A stretch of 40,613 bases of DNA from Chitinophagales bacterium. Its GTDB lineage: Bacteria > Bacteroidota > Bacteroidia > Chitinophagales > JADJOU01. The stretch covers positions 1-40,613 of the forward strand of contig JBIPPG010000002.1 in the NCBI GenBank assembly GCA_044368545.1. Reading direction: 5' to 3'. The translations under genes were made by a program, and so were the position numbers. The stretch's first letter is position 1. Every line of letters begins with the position of its first letter. The notes beneath the pieces were generated by a model, which was not told where the DNA came from, made no database searches, and was given only the letters and a program-made list of their open reading frames with translations. Of this stretch, positions 26,986 through 36,227 are shown in pieces.

Positions 26986-27699
26986 TTACTTTTTTGAATT
27001 TTTTGTTTTTTGAACCAAATTTTCTACTTCTACAGGCGATAAATTTCGCCAGCGACCTAGTTTTAGATTTCCCAACTGAATATCCATAATACGAACTCGT
27101 TGCAAAAATCGTACTTTGTACCCCAAAGACTGACACATTCTACGAATTTGACGATTGAGTCCTTGTGTCAAGATAATCTTAAATTTTTGTTTTCCCAAAA
27201 CCTGAATTTTACAAGGTTTTGTGGTTTGACCATCGATTCGGATGCCTTGATTCATCTTTTTGCCAAAATCTTTTTCCAACGGTTTATCTACTATTACGAG
27301 ATATTCTTTTTCGTGATGATTGCCTTCGCGCAAAATTTTATTGACAATATCGCCGTCATCGGTTAAGAAAATCAAACCTTCGCTATCCTTATCCAATCGA
27401 CCAATTGGAAAAATGCGTTTTTCGTGATTGATATACGAAATGATATTGGTTTTATCCTTCAAATCCGTAGTACAAGTAACGCCCATAGGCTTATTGAAGA
27501 CAATATAAGTAAATTTTTTCTTGAGCGTCAATTTCTCATCATCTACCCTAATATCATCCGAAGCATCTACTCGCATAGCCATTTCGCCTTCTTCGCCATT
27601 CACCGTTACACGGCCTTCTTCAATATATTTATCCGCTTCTCTTCGGCTACAAAACCCTGTAGACGCTATATATTTATTTAAACTGATTCTCTCTTGCAT
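26986..27699 (-). CDS. rRNA pseudouridine synthase, RsuA/RluF family
   Basis: 237 aa. An N-terminal S4 domain (ISLNKYIASTGFCSRREADKYIEEGRVTVNG) and the catalytic motif PIGRLDKDSEGL. Confidence 0.88.
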   Translation of the reverse strand: MQERISLNKYIASTGFCSRREADKYIEEGRVTVNGEEGEMAMRVDASDDIRVDDEKLTLKKKFTYIVFNKPMGVTCTTDLKDKTNIISYINHEKRIFPIGRLDKDSEGLIFLTDDGDIVNKILREGNHHEKEYLVIVDKPLEKDFGKKMNQGIRIDGQTTKPCKIQVLGKQKFKIILTQGLNRQIRRMCQSLGYKVRFLQRVRIMDIQLGNLKLGRWRNLSPVEVENLVQKTKNSKK

Positions 27700-27726
27700 T
27701 GTATAATTAAGGTATGGGCCATAAGC

Positions 27727-28020
27727 CTAAAAATGTATCAACGAACTTTTGATACTAAATGTTCCATTGGGATTCAACATAATTTCAGGATTTTTTGAAT
27801 GAAACATACCCATACTGCCCGAAGTGCAATTGATAATGCCGTCAAATTCTCCATTTTTATTCTTATAATGAATGGTCCAATTTTGATATTCAAATTTATT
27901 CATTTCTTTGTGTTGCGGTATTTCAATTTCTTTCAACAACTTATCGTCTTGATAGACTTTTAGCGTATTGGTACACGAAAAAAGCAAGAAAAAAGAAATA
28001 CAAATCACAAAAATTTTCAT
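27727..28020 (-). CDS. Small hypothetical lipoprotein
   Basis: The internal ATG at 28020 gives MKIFVICISFFLLFSC (lipobox). This removes the overlap with the 28071 gene. A -7 box lies 18 nt upstream. Confidence 0.6.
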   Translation of the reverse strand: MKIFVICISFFLLFSCTNTLKVYQDDKLLKEIEIPQHKEMNKFEYQNWTIHYKNKNGEFDGIINCTSGSMGMFHSKNPEIMLNPNGTFSIKSSLIHF

Positions 28021-28037
28021 ATATTTGAATTTTGATA

Positions 28038-28045
28038 CAAAAATA
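28038..28045 (-). promoter_or_regulatory. Candidate -7 box (TATTTTTG on the minus strand) for the small lipoprotein gene
   Basis: The plus strand reads CAAAAATA, 18 nt upstream of the ATG at 28020. Confidence 0.4.
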
Positions 28046-28070
28046 GTACTAATTTTATAAATAACCCAAA

Positions 28071-28421
28071 ATGAAATCATTGCTAGACCTGATAGTACTC
28101 TCTTTTTCAAATCATTCGGAATCAATCGATATAGCACCCAAAGCCGAACGCATCATCAAAGATGAAGCCAAACGCTATTTTTTTGATGGAAAAATAGATG
28201 CTTTTGTACAATTTATCTTTGGTGAATCCAATCCCGAAATACAACACGTTTTTGAAACCCAATTTGCTAAAATTGGGATTCAAGATGCAATATTTCTACA
28301 AAATATGAGGCAAAATATAGTACAAGAAGTAGAAACCCATCATTTGTCAAAAGATTTGGACGGACTCCTTAAACTACTGGGATACGAACATCTCAAACCT
28401 TTTATAAGCTTATTCAAATAA
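28071..28421 (+). CDS. Hypothetical protein
   Basis: 116-aa ORF ending 7 nt before tag on the same strand. No motif recognised. Confidence 0.55.
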   Translation: MKSLLDLIVLSFSNHSESIDIAPKAERIIKDEAKRYFFDGKIDAFVQFIFGESNPEIQHVFETQFAKIGIQDAIFLQNMRQNIVQEVETHHLSKDLDGLLKLLGYEHLKPFISLFK

Positions 28422-28428
28422 TATAATT

Positions 28429-28983
28429 ATGGAATTACCTCCCTCTTATTGCCGCGCAATACAAACAATGGCCGCCGATAGCCTGCATATCCCCTATCAC
28501 AATCTACATTATGGGTTCCCAATAACGGACGACAACGAACTTTTTGAACGATTAATATTAGAAATCAATCAAGCAGGACTCAGTTGGACTACGATTTTGA
28601 ACAAACAAGCTAATTTCAAAAAAGCATACGACAACTTTGATATAAAAAAAGTAGCCAACTATGGCGATACCGAGCGCGAACGCTTGCTCTCCGATGCAGG
28701 TATTATACGGAATAGACTCAAAATCAATGCGGCGATTCATAATGCACAAGTAATCATAGAATTGCAACAAACACACGGTTCTTTCTATAAATGGCTGGAA
28801 ACGAATCATCCCAAAACCAAAGACGAATGGACCAAATTATTCAAAAAAACTTTCCGTTTTACAGGAGGCGAAATTGTCAATGAATTTCTGATGAGTATAG
28901 GCATCCTTCCCGGTGCGCACGTAGAAGCTTGCCCTATTTACAAAGATATTTTGAAAACGAATCCGTTGTGGATGAAAAAATAA
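28429..28983 (+). CDS. tag: DNA-3-methyladenine glycosylase I
   Basis: 184 aa. YHNLHYGFPITDDNELFERLILEINQAGLSW, DAGIIRNRLKI and a C-terminal Cys/His zinc site match the Tag family. Confidence 0.9.
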   Translation: MELPPSYCRAIQTMAADSLHIPYHNLHYGFPITDDNELFERLILEINQAGLSWTTILNKQANFKKAYDNFDIKKVANYGDTERERLLSDAGIIRNRLKINAAIHNAQVIIELQQTHGSFYKWLETNHPKTKDEWTKLFKKTFRFTGGEIVNEFLMSIGILPGAHVEACPIYKDILKTNPLWMKK

Positions 28984-28987
28984 ACTT

Positions 28988-29599
28988 ATGACCACTGAAA
29001 ACATTTTTCCATTAGTAGTTTACCCAGAAACAAAACGAATTCAAATCATATTTATAATTTTTATTTTAATATTTGGGGTAATTTCTTTTTTAATGAATTC
29101 AACTCTTATTTTATTCTTACCAATTGTCTTTTTGATTTATGAAATAGTAATGAATATATACAAAAAGTATAAAATAAAGGAACTCCAATCTAATGGGAAA
29201 AAAATTAAAATTTCAAAAGACGGAATAGCTCTTATTGAAATTAATGATGTTAAAAAAATATATACTTGGGAAGATATTAATGATGTGGAATTTTATATAA
29301 AAGCATTTGATGAAACAAGTGTTATAAGTGGAAACAGAGGGTACACTGGCAATGAAAATTTTATAACACTTAATACAAAATCTAATGAACAAATAATTTT
29401 TAACTTCTATATTAAAAATAAGGAAAATTTTGAAAAATTAGCACGTGACTTAAAAAATGATGTATTTCCAATAGCATACTCATTACAAAAAATTAAAAAT
29501 GAAAATCTATACTTTGGAAATCTAAACTATAATGAAAAGCAATTATTTAAAGAAAAATATAACATTTCACATTATTCGGGCAAAATGCATTATAAGTAG
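28988..29599 (+). CDS. Hypothetical membrane-anchored protein
   Basis: 203 aa with two N-terminal transmembrane helices (IQIIFIIFILIFGVISFLM and LILFLPIVFLIYEIV) and a soluble N/K-rich C-terminal domain. The DNA is very AT-rich and the gene starts 4 nt after tag. Confidence 0.55.
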   Translation: MTTENIFPLVVYPETKRIQIIFIIFILIFGVISFLMNSTLILFLPIVFLIYEIVMNIYKKYKIKELQSNGKKIKISKDGIALIEINDVKKIYTWEDINDVEFYIKAFDETSVISGNRGYTGNENFITLNTKSNEQIIFNFYIKNKENFEKLARDLKNDVFPIAYSLQKIKNENLYFGNLNYNEKQLFKEKYNISHYSGKMHYK

Positions 29600-29670
29600 A
29601 ATTTAAAAAATAAAATATACCTCTAAATCAACCTATAATTCAAAATAAAAATAATTCAATCTTAAAACAC

Positions 29671-29704
29671 AAAAAAGCCTCGATATTTCTATCAAGGCTT
29701 TTTA
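29671..29704. terminator. Bidirectional rho-independent terminator between the membrane-protein gene (+) and fusA (-)
   Basis: AAAAAAGCCTCGATA-TTTC-TATCAAGGCTTTTT. The stem is flanked by an A-run on one side and a T-run on the other. Confidence 0.75.
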
Positions 29705-29731
29705 ATATTACAACAAAATGTAAATTATTCA

Positions 29732-31891
29732 CTAAGCATTTTTTCCTTTAGCTTTTTCCATAATGTCTTTCGCTACGTTTGTAGGTACTTGTACATAGTG
29801 AGAAAACTCCATTGTACTACTTGCTCTACCCGAAGTGATTGTTCTCAATTGAGTAACATATCCAAACATTTCTGATAAAGGCACATCTGCTTTGATTACA
29901 GTTCCTGTAGGTTTAGTTTCTTGACCTTTTGGAAGTCCTCTTCTTCTGTTCAAGTCACCAATTACAGATCCTACATATTCATCTGGAGTAATAACTTCCA
30001 ATTTCATAATAGGCTCCAAAATTACTGGATTTGCTTTTCTAGCAGCTTCTTTAAATCCGTCTTTAGCACAAAGCTCAAACGCGATTGGTTTACTATCCAC
30101 AGAGTGCATACTTCCATCATAAACTCTTACTTTCATAGAGTCGATATTGTATACAGCCAAAACGCCATTGCTCATCATATCCGTAAATCCGTCTGTGATT
30201 GGCTTCATATAGTTTTTATCGATAGCTCCTCCTACGATTCCCCACTCGAATTGTAATTTTTTCTTTCCAGATTTGAAATCATCGCTATCCAAAAATTCTT
30301 GATCAGCAGGACCTAATTCAAACTCCATATCGGCGAATAAACCTGAACCTCCAGATTGTTTTTTCAATTTTTCTCTGTGAGCTACTTTCGTAGTCAAAGC
30401 CTCTTTATAGTTTACTTGAGGTGCACCTTGATTCAATTCTACTTTGAACTCTCTTCTCATTCTATCAATGATAATCTCCAAGTGAAGCTCACCCATTCCA
30501 GAAATGATTGTTTGTCCTGTATCCTCATCATATTTAGCTCTAAATGTAGGATCCTCCTCACTTAATTTAGCCAAAGCCATACCCATTTTCTCAAGATCTT
30601 TTTGAGATTTTGGTTCAATAGCCAAACCAATTACAGGCTCAGGGAATACCATACTTTCCAAGATAATAGGATTTTTCTCATCACAAAGAGTATCTCCTGT
30701 TTTGATATCTTTGAATCCAACAGCTGCTCCAATATCTCCAGCCTCAATAAAATCAATTTGATTTTGTTTGTTTGAGTGCATTTGGAAAATTCTAGAAATA
30801 CGCTCTTTGCTATCGCTTCTTGTGTTCAATACATAAGAACCTGAATCCAATCTTCCAGAATATGCTCTAAAGAAAGCTAATCTACCTACAAATGGGTCGG
30901 TTGCAATTTTAAATGCCAAAGCAGCAAAAGGCTCATCTACAGATGGTTTTCTCCAGATTTCTTCGTCTGTTTTTGGATTGGTACCTTTGATACCTTCTTT
31001 ATCCATTGGTGAAGGCAAATATCTACATACTGCATCCAACATAAATTGAACTCCTTTGTTTTTGAAAGAAGAACCACACAACATTGGGATGATAGCAATA
31101 TCAATGGCTGCTCTTCTCAAGGCATTGTGAATCTCATCTTCTTGAATGGTATCTGGATTTTCAAAGAATTTTTCTAATAAATTCTCATCATATTCCGCTA
31201 CAGCTTCAATCAAGTATGCTCTATATTCCGCTACTTGCTCTTTCATATCATCAGGAATAGGCACTACGTCAAAAGTAGCTCCTTGCGTATCATCATGCCA
31301 TACAATAGCTTGATTTTTAATCAAATCTACGACTCCTTTGAAATGATCCTCAGCTCCAATTGGTAAAACTAAAGGCACTGCTTTAGAACCCAACATTTCT
31401 TTCACTTGATTACAAACCATCAAAAAGTCTGCACCTTGACGGTCCATTTTGTTTACAAATCCCATTCTTGGAACTTTGTAATTATCAGCCAATCTCCAGT
31501 TCGTTTCAGATTGTGGCTCTACACCATCCACTGCACTAAACAAGAATACCAACCCATCCAAAACTCTCAATGAACGATTTACCTCTACTGTAAAGTCAAC
31601 GTGACCCGGAGTATCGATAATATTGAAGTGGTATGGTTGTGATGCATCAATCATTTTTCCTTGATCTGTAGGGAAATTCCAAGTACAAGTTGTTGCAGCA
31701 GAAGTAATTGTGATACCTCTTTCTTGTTCTTGTTCCATCCAGTCCATCGTAGCAGCACCATCGTGAACCTCACCAATTTTGTGAGTTTTTCCAGTATAGT
31801 ACAAAATACGCTCTGTAGTAGTGGTTTTACCCGCATCAATATGCGCCGCAATACCAATATTTCTTGTAAATCTTAGGTCTCTACTTGCCAT
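29732..31891 (-). CDS. fusA: Elongation factor G
   Basis: 719 aa. [32 protein letters not shown] and NKMD GTPase motifs, with full-length EF-G architecture. Confidence 0.98.
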   Translation of the reverse strand: MASRDLRFTRNIGIAAHIDAGKTTTTERILYYTGKTHKIGEVHDGAATMDWMEQEQERGITITSAATTCTWNFPTDQGKMIDASQPYHFNIIDTPGHVDFTVEVNRSLRVLDGLVFLFSAVDGVEPQSETNWRLADNYKVPRMGFVNKMDRQGADFLMVCNQVKEMLGSKAVPLVLPIGAEDHFKGVVDLIKNQAIVWHDDTQGATFDVVPIPDDMKEQVAEYRAYLIEAVAEYDENLLEKFFENPDTIQEDEIHNALRRAAIDIAIIPMLCGSSFKNKGVQFMLDAVCRYLPSPMDKEGIKGTNPKTDEEIWRKPSVDEPFAALAFKIATDPFVGRLAFFRAYSGRLDSGSYVLNTRSDSKERISRIFQMHSNKQNQIDFIEAGDIGAAVGFKDIKTGDTLCDEKNPIILESMVFPEPVIGLAIEPKSQKDLEKMGMALAKLSEEDPTFRAKYDEDTGQTIISGMGELHLEIIIDRMRREFKVELNQGAPQVNYKEALTTKVAHREKLKKQSGGSGLFADMEFELGPADQEFLDSDDFKSGKKKLQFEWGIVGGAIDKNYMKPITDGFTDMMSNGVLAVYNIDSMKVRVYDGSMHSVDSKPIAFELCAKDGFKEAARKANPVILEPIMKLEVITPDEYVGSVIGDLNRRRGLPKGQETKPTGTVIKADVPLSEMFGYVTQLRTITSGRASSTMEFSHYVQVPTNVAKDIMEKAKGKNA

Positions 31892-31911
31892 TATAATTTT
31901 ATATTTATTTA

Positions 31912-32382
31912 TTATCTATTGAAGTGAGCAAATGCTTTATTTGCCTCAGCCATTCTATGCGTATCTTCTTTCTTTTTGAATGCAGCTCCTTCGCCTTTTG
32001 ACGCAGCCAAAACTTCTTGAGCTAATTTATCAGCCATAGTTTTTCCATTTCTTTTTCTTGAAAATGAAATTAACCATTTCATACCCAAAGAATTTTTTCT
32101 TGCTGGACGAACCTCTGTAGGAATTTGGAAGTTACTTCCTCCAATTCTTCTACTTTTCACCTCTACACTTGGAGTTACATTGGCCAAAGCTTTTTTCCAA
32201 GTCTCATATCCATTAGCATCTTCTACTTTTGAATCTACGATGTTCATTGCATCATAAAATATTTTGTATGCGATTGATTTTTTACCATCATACATCAAAT
32301 TGTTTACAAACAATGTAACCATTTGGTCATTAAAAACTGGATCCGGTTGTAGAAATCTCTTTTTTGGTTTACTCTTTCTCAT
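31912..32382 (-). CDS. rpsG: 30S ribosomal protein S7
   Basis: 156 aa. [19 protein letters not shown] and the central [15 protein letters not shown] motif. Confidence 0.97.
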   Translation of the reverse strand: MRKSKPKKRFLQPDPVFNDQMVTLFVNNLMYDGKKSIAYKIFYDAMNIVDSKVEDANGYETWKKALANVTPSVEVKSRRIGGSNFQIPTEVRPARKNSLGMKWLISFSRKRNGKTMADKLAQEVLAASKGEGAAFKKKEDTHRMAEANKAFAHFNR

Positions 32383-32414
32383 TTCTTATTATAATTAAAT
32401 AGTAATTTTATTGA

Positions 32415-32786
32415 TTATTTAGGTCTTTTTGTTCCGTATTTACTTCTAGATTGTTTTCTATTATTAACACCAGCAGTATCTAAGGCTCCTCTCACAATAT
32501 GGTATCTTACACCTGGTAAATCTTTTACCCTTCCACCTCTGATCAAAACGATTGAGTGCTCTTGCAAGTTATGACCCTCTCCTGGGATATAAGCAATTAC
32601 TTCAATACTGTTTGTCAAACGAACTTTCGCTACTTTTCTAAGTGCCGAGTTCGGTTTTTTAGGTGTAGTAGTGTACACTCTCGTACATACACCTCTTTTT
32701 TGAGGGCAAGCATCCAATGCTCTAGATTTACTTTTGTACTCAAGTACTTCTCTTCCTTTTCTTACTAACTGTTGAATTGTAGGCAT
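32415..32786 (-). CDS. rpsL: 30S ribosomal protein S12
   Basis: 123 aa. [12 protein letters not shown] and [19 protein letters not shown] motifs. Confidence 0.97.
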   Translation of the reverse strand: MPTIQQLVRKGREVLEYKSKSRALDACPQKRGVCTRVYTTTPKKPNSALRKVAKVRLTNSIEVIAYIPGEGHNLQEHSIVLIRGGRVKDLPGVRYHIVRGALDTAGVNNRKQSRSKYGTKRPK

Positions 32787-32835
32787 TCTTTAATTATTTT
32801 TTTAATTCTAAATTAAACTTTTTATTTTGAGGGTG

Positions 32836-32843
32836 CAAAAATA
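32836..32843 (-). promoter_or_regulatory. Candidate -7 box (TATTTTTG on the minus strand) for the rpsL-rpsG-fusA operon
   Basis: The plus strand reads CAAAAATA, 50 nt upstream of the rpsL ATG at 32786. Confidence 0.4.
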
Positions 32844-32943
32844 AGTATATTTTTTTTAATCAAAACTTTTTTTTTATTACAGAAATATTTTTACATACAA
32901 TTTTAAAATTGCAGGTGTTTACAAGTGTATATTCAATAGATTA

Positions 32944-33720
32944 TTACCAAGCGATTCGCTCTTTGTTCAAAAAGGCTTGAATCCCTTTTTTACAGTCTTC
33001 CGATGCCCTAGAATTCGCATTATATTGAGCAGCGGTATCCATAGCTTCTGCAAATGGCAAGTGCCACGTTTGTAACATTAATTCTTTTGTCTGTGCAATC
33101 GAATTCAAGGAGGTTTCATTGGCTATTTTTTCTGCAAACTGTGTGGTTGCTTCCGCTATCATCGATTTTTCAAATGTATTATTGATAAGTCCAAACGATT
33201 TTGCATCATTTGCCGATATCAATTTCCCGGTCAACAACAATTCTTTGGCTTTCATTTCGCCTATTTTACGAACCAAAAATATAGATACTAAGGCTGGAAT
33301 AAACCCAATTTTAACTTCGGTATATCCAAATTGTGCTTCGGGTACTGCAAAACAAAAATCACATATCGTAGCCAATCCACATCCACCTGCAATGGCGTGA
33401 CCTTCTACTTGGGCTATTACTACTTTGGGGTATGTTGCTATTATTTCAAATAATTCTTTTAAATGTCTCGAATCTTCAAGATTTTCTTCAAAGGTATTTA
33501 CTTGTAACTGTTTTAATACATCTAAATCGGCACCTGCACTAAACACATCGCCATTCGCTTTGATTACAACGGCTTTAATAGCAGTATTGCTTTTCCATTC
33601 GTTCAAGGCTTCTTTTATTTCTTTTACAAAATCAAAATTCAGGGCATTCTTTTTTTCTACTCTATTGAGTATCAAATAACCGATACGATTATTTTCTTCA
33701 GTTTTAATGTATTGATACAT
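32944..33720 (-). CDS. Enoyl-CoA hydratase/isomerase (crotonase) family protein
   Basis: 258 aa. FSAGADLDVL and VIAQVEGHAIAGGCGLATICDFCFA are crotonase-fold signatures. Confidence 0.88.
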   Translation of the reverse strand: MYQYIKTEENNRIGYLILNRVEKKNALNFDFVKEIKEALNEWKSNTAIKAVVIKANGDVFSAGADLDVLKQLQVNTFEENLEDSRHLKELFEIIATYPKVVIAQVEGHAIAGGCGLATICDFCFAVPEAQFGYTEVKIGFIPALVSIFLVRKIGEMKAKELLLTGKLISANDAKSFGLINNTFEKSMIAEATTQFAEKIANETSLNSIAQTKELMLQTWHLPFAEAMDTAAQYNANSRASEDCKKGIQAFLNKERIAW

Positions 33721-33741
33721 TATATTATATAGTGAGTGAAA

Positions 33742-34698
33742 TTAATTTAATTCTTTGGGTGCATCCACTGTTTGAGCATATTTATTCAAACTTTGTACCG
33801 AATGGCGATTCACTACACGAACACCTTCAACAGTCCAGTCTGCATTATCTTTTTTCTCAAAACGACACGTATTGCAAATCCAATCTTCCACTTCATCCCA
33901 TTGGTTTTTGCGAGCCGATACACGTACAATTTCATCTTCCACTTTATGCAAGACTACTTTGCCACAACATTTATCGCAATTTCTATGCGCATCAAATTGT
34001 TTGGTAAACCAAATTCTAGATTTGAAACGGAAGGTTTTATCGGTCAATGCGCCTACAGGACATACATCAATAATATTTCCAATAAAATCATTGTCTAATG
34101 ATTCATTTATATACGTACTAATTTCTGCCTTATCGCCTCTAAACATTACTCCGTGCTCTCTATTATCGGTCAATTGATTGGCTGCATATACACAACGATA
34201 GCAAACGATACAACGTTGTTTGTTCAATTTAATCAAAGGTCCAATGTCTTCTGATTCAAATTCTTGACGGTTAAATTCATAACGGTTCTGCATTTTGCCA
34301 TTTTCAAATGCCAAATCCTGCAATTTGCATTCTCCTGCCTGATCACATACCGGGCAATCCAAAGGATGATTGATGAGCAATAATTCCGTTACGCCATTAC
34401 GAGCCTCTTTTACTTGCTGATTTGCAGTACTTTCTACAACCATACCATCCATTACACCTGTACTACAACTTGGCATTAGTTTAGGCATAGGTCTCGGGTC
34501 TTTTTCGCTGCCTTGCACTACTTTTACAAGACAAGTACGGCATTTACCGCCCGAACCTTGCAAAGGCTTGTAATAACACATAGCAGGTGGAACTACTTCG
34601 CCACCTATCATACGAGCTGCTTCCAAAATAGATGTACCCATAGGAACTTCTATCGTTTTTCCGTCAATTGTAACTTTAATGTTTTGAACTTCAGACAT
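33742..34698 (-). CDS. NuoG-like 2Fe-2S/4Fe-4S iron-sulfur protein (short form, N-terminal domains only)
   Basis: 318 aa. A plant-type 2Fe-2S region (CYYKPLQGSGGKCRTCLV), the HPLDCPVCDQAGEC motif and CIVCYRCV...CPVGALT 4Fe-4S motifs are arranged as in the N-terminus of NADH-quinone oxidoreductase subunit G. It has no molybdopterin-like domain, and no other nuo gene is adjacent. Confidence 0.75.
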   Translation of the reverse strand: MSEVQNIKVTIDGKTIEVPMGTSILEAARMIGGEVVPPAMCYYKPLQGSGGKCRTCLVKVVQGSEKDPRPMPKLMPSCSTGVMDGMVVESTANQQVKEARNGVTELLLINHPLDCPVCDQAGECKLQDLAFENGKMQNRYEFNRQEFESEDIGPLIKLNKQRCIVCYRCVYAANQLTDNREHGVMFRGDKAEISTYINESLDNDFIGNIIDVCPVGALTDKTFRFKSRIWFTKQFDAHRNCDKCCGKVVLHKVEDEIVRVSARKNQWDEVEDWICNTCRFEKKDNADWTVEGVRVVNRHSVQSLNKYAQTVDAPKELN

Positions 34699-34822
34699 AT
34701 CTGTTTATTAAAATTGGAATTTCTTTCTTTTTTTATAGCGAAAATTTTAAAATATTCACTCTTATTAATTCGCAAAAATAGAAAATTTTAAATAAAATTG
34801 TAGGTAAATTTTAAACCAAATT

Positions 34823-34859
34823 ACGCTTTAGATAATTACGAAGTAATAAAATAAAGCGT
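34823..34859. promoter_or_regulatory. Inverted repeat ACGCTTTA / TAAAGCGT with a 21-nt spacer
   Basis: Arms at 34823-34830 and 34852-34859 are exact reverse complements. Confidence 0.35.
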
Positions 34860-34876
34860 TAGTTGGATTTAACCCC

Positions 34877-34929
34877 GCAAACGGATTGTTTCAATCAATC
34901 TAAATTGATTGATTTATAATCCGTTATGC
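34877..34929. promoter_or_regulatory. Compound dyad: outer AACGGATT / AATCCGTT enclosing inner TCAATCAAT-CTAA-ATTGATTGA
   Basis: Outer arms at 34880-34887 and 34918-34925. Inner arms at 34891-34899 and 34904-34912. All arms are exact reverse complements. Confidence 0.5.
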
Positions 34930-34930
34930 G

Positions 34931-34954
34931 ATTAATCATTGCTAAATGATTAAT
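34931..34954. promoter_or_regulatory. Perfect 10-bp palindrome ATTAATCATT-GCTA-AATGATTAAT; candidate operator
   Basis: Arms at 34931-34940 and 34945-34954. The half-site AATCATT resembles the AATCAAT of the neighbouring inner dyad, and the two centres are 41 bp apart. Confidence 0.5.
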
Positions 34955-34967
34955 ATGGGTTTATTTT

Positions 34968-34987
34968 TACCAAACAAACGTTTGGTA
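34968..34987. promoter_or_regulatory. Palindrome TACCAAAC-AAAC-GTTTGGTA overlapping the -33 TTTG of the thiolase promoter
   Basis: Arms at 34968-34975 and 34980-34987. The TTTG at 34981-34984 lies 19 nt upstream of the -7 box. Confidence 0.45.
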
Positions 34988-35003
34988 TTTTATAAAAAAG
35001 TAT

Positions 35004-35011
35004 TATATTTG
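35004..35011 (+). promoter_or_regulatory. Candidate -7 box TATATTTG for the thiolase gene
   Basis: Matches TAnnTTTG, has a TTTG at the expected -33 spacing, and lies 24 nt upstream of the ATG at 35036. Confidence 0.55.
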
Positions 35012-35035
35012 CAACTGAAAAATAAAAATATCATT

Positions 35036-36217
35036 ATGTCTAGAAACGCATATATAATAAAAGGATACAGAACTGCAGTAGGAAAAGCAGGTAAAGGTGG
35101 ATTTCGATTTATGAGTCCTGTTGATTTGGCTAGTGAAGTCATCAATCATCTATTGGCGCAAACGCCTGAATTGGATCCAACCCAAGTGGATGATTTGATT
35201 GTAGGAAATGCCGTACCCGAAGCAGAACAGGGGCTACAAATGGCACGTTGGATTTCGGTTCGTTCCAATTTACCAATGAATGTTCCTGGTGTGACGGTAA
35301 ATCGTTATTGCGGTAGTGGCGTGGAAACGATAGCGATGGCGGTATCTAAAATCAAAGCAGGTTTTGCCGATATTATTATCGCAGGAGGAACCGAAAGTAT
35401 GAGCTTGGTACCTACAATGGGATATAAAACAGTTCCCAATTTCGAAATTGCGAAGAATCATCCCGATTATTATATAGGTATGGGTTTGACGGCAGAAGAA
35501 TTGGCCGTTCAATATAATATTACAAGAGAAGAGGCGGATATGTTCTCGTTTCAATCGCATCAAAAAGCCATAAAAGCTATCGAAGAAGGCAATTTCAAAA
35601 GCGAAATAGTCCCAGTGGAAGTGGAAGAAATATTCTTTGATGGCAAAAAACGTCAGTCTAAAAAATATATCGTAGATACCGATGAAGGGCCACGAAAAGA
35701 CACCACTTTTGAAGCCTTGATGAAGCTAAAACCTGTTTTCAAAAACGGAGGTCAAGTTACGGCAGGAAATGCCTCTCAAACGAGTGATGGTGCAAGCTTT
35801 GTACTCGTAATGAGTGAAGAAAAAATGAACGAATTGGGTTTAAAACCATTGGCTCGTTTGGCAGCGTATGCCAGCGCAGGCGTCAATCCTAGATATATGG
35901 GAATTGGTCCCGTAGAAGCGATTCCATTAGCCCTCAAACAAGCTGGGCTCAAATATCAAGACATCAATTTGATTGAATTAAACGAGGCTTTTGCGGCACA
36001 AAGTTTGGCTGTGCTAAAAAATCTTCCTGAAATAGATACAAACATTGTCAATGTCAATGGTGGAGCTATTGCGCTAGGTCATCCACTGGGTTGCTCTGGA
36101 GCTAAACTTTCCGTTCAATTGTTCAACGAGTTGAATCGTAGAAATCAAAAATATGGTATGGTTACAGCCTGTGTAGGCGGCGGTCAAGGCGTAGCGGGCA
36201 TCTATGAAATGATGTAA
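35036..36217 (+). CDS. Acetyl-CoA C-acyltransferase (thiolase)
   Basis: The start at the ATG at 35036 gives MSRNAYIIKGYRTAVGKAGKGG. The active-site region VNRYCGSGVE and the C-terminal NVNGGAIALGHPLGCSGA and CVGGGQG motifs are present. The track's 30 extra N-terminal residues overlap the promoter. Confidence 0.93.
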   Translation: MSRNAYIIKGYRTAVGKAGKGGFRFMSPVDLASEVINHLLAQTPELDPTQVDDLIVGNAVPEAEQGLQMARWISVRSNLPMNVPGVTVNRYCGSGVETIAMAVSKIKAGFADIIIAGGTESMSLVPTMGYKTVPNFEIAKNHPDYYIGMGLTAEELAVQYNITREEADMFSFQSHQKAIKAIEEGNFKSEIVPVEVEEIFFDGKKRQSKKYIVDTDEGPRKDTTFEALMKLKPVFKNGGQVTAGNASQTSDGASFVLVMSEEKMNELGLKPLARLAAYASAGVNPRYMGIGPVEAIPLALKQAGLKYQDINLIELNEAFAAQSLAVLKNLPEIDTNIVNVNGGAIALGHPLGCSGAKLSVQLFNELNRRNQKYGMVTACVGGGQGVAGIYEMM

Positions 36218-36227
36218 TACGCAGCCC

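Noticed and set aside
32898-32911. 14-bp perfect palindrome CAATTTTAAAATTG between the hydratase gene and the rpsL promoter
   Set aside because: It consists almost entirely of A and T, has no loop and no following T-tract on the relevant strand, and is expected fairly often in DNA of this composition. It is not convincing as a terminator or an operator.
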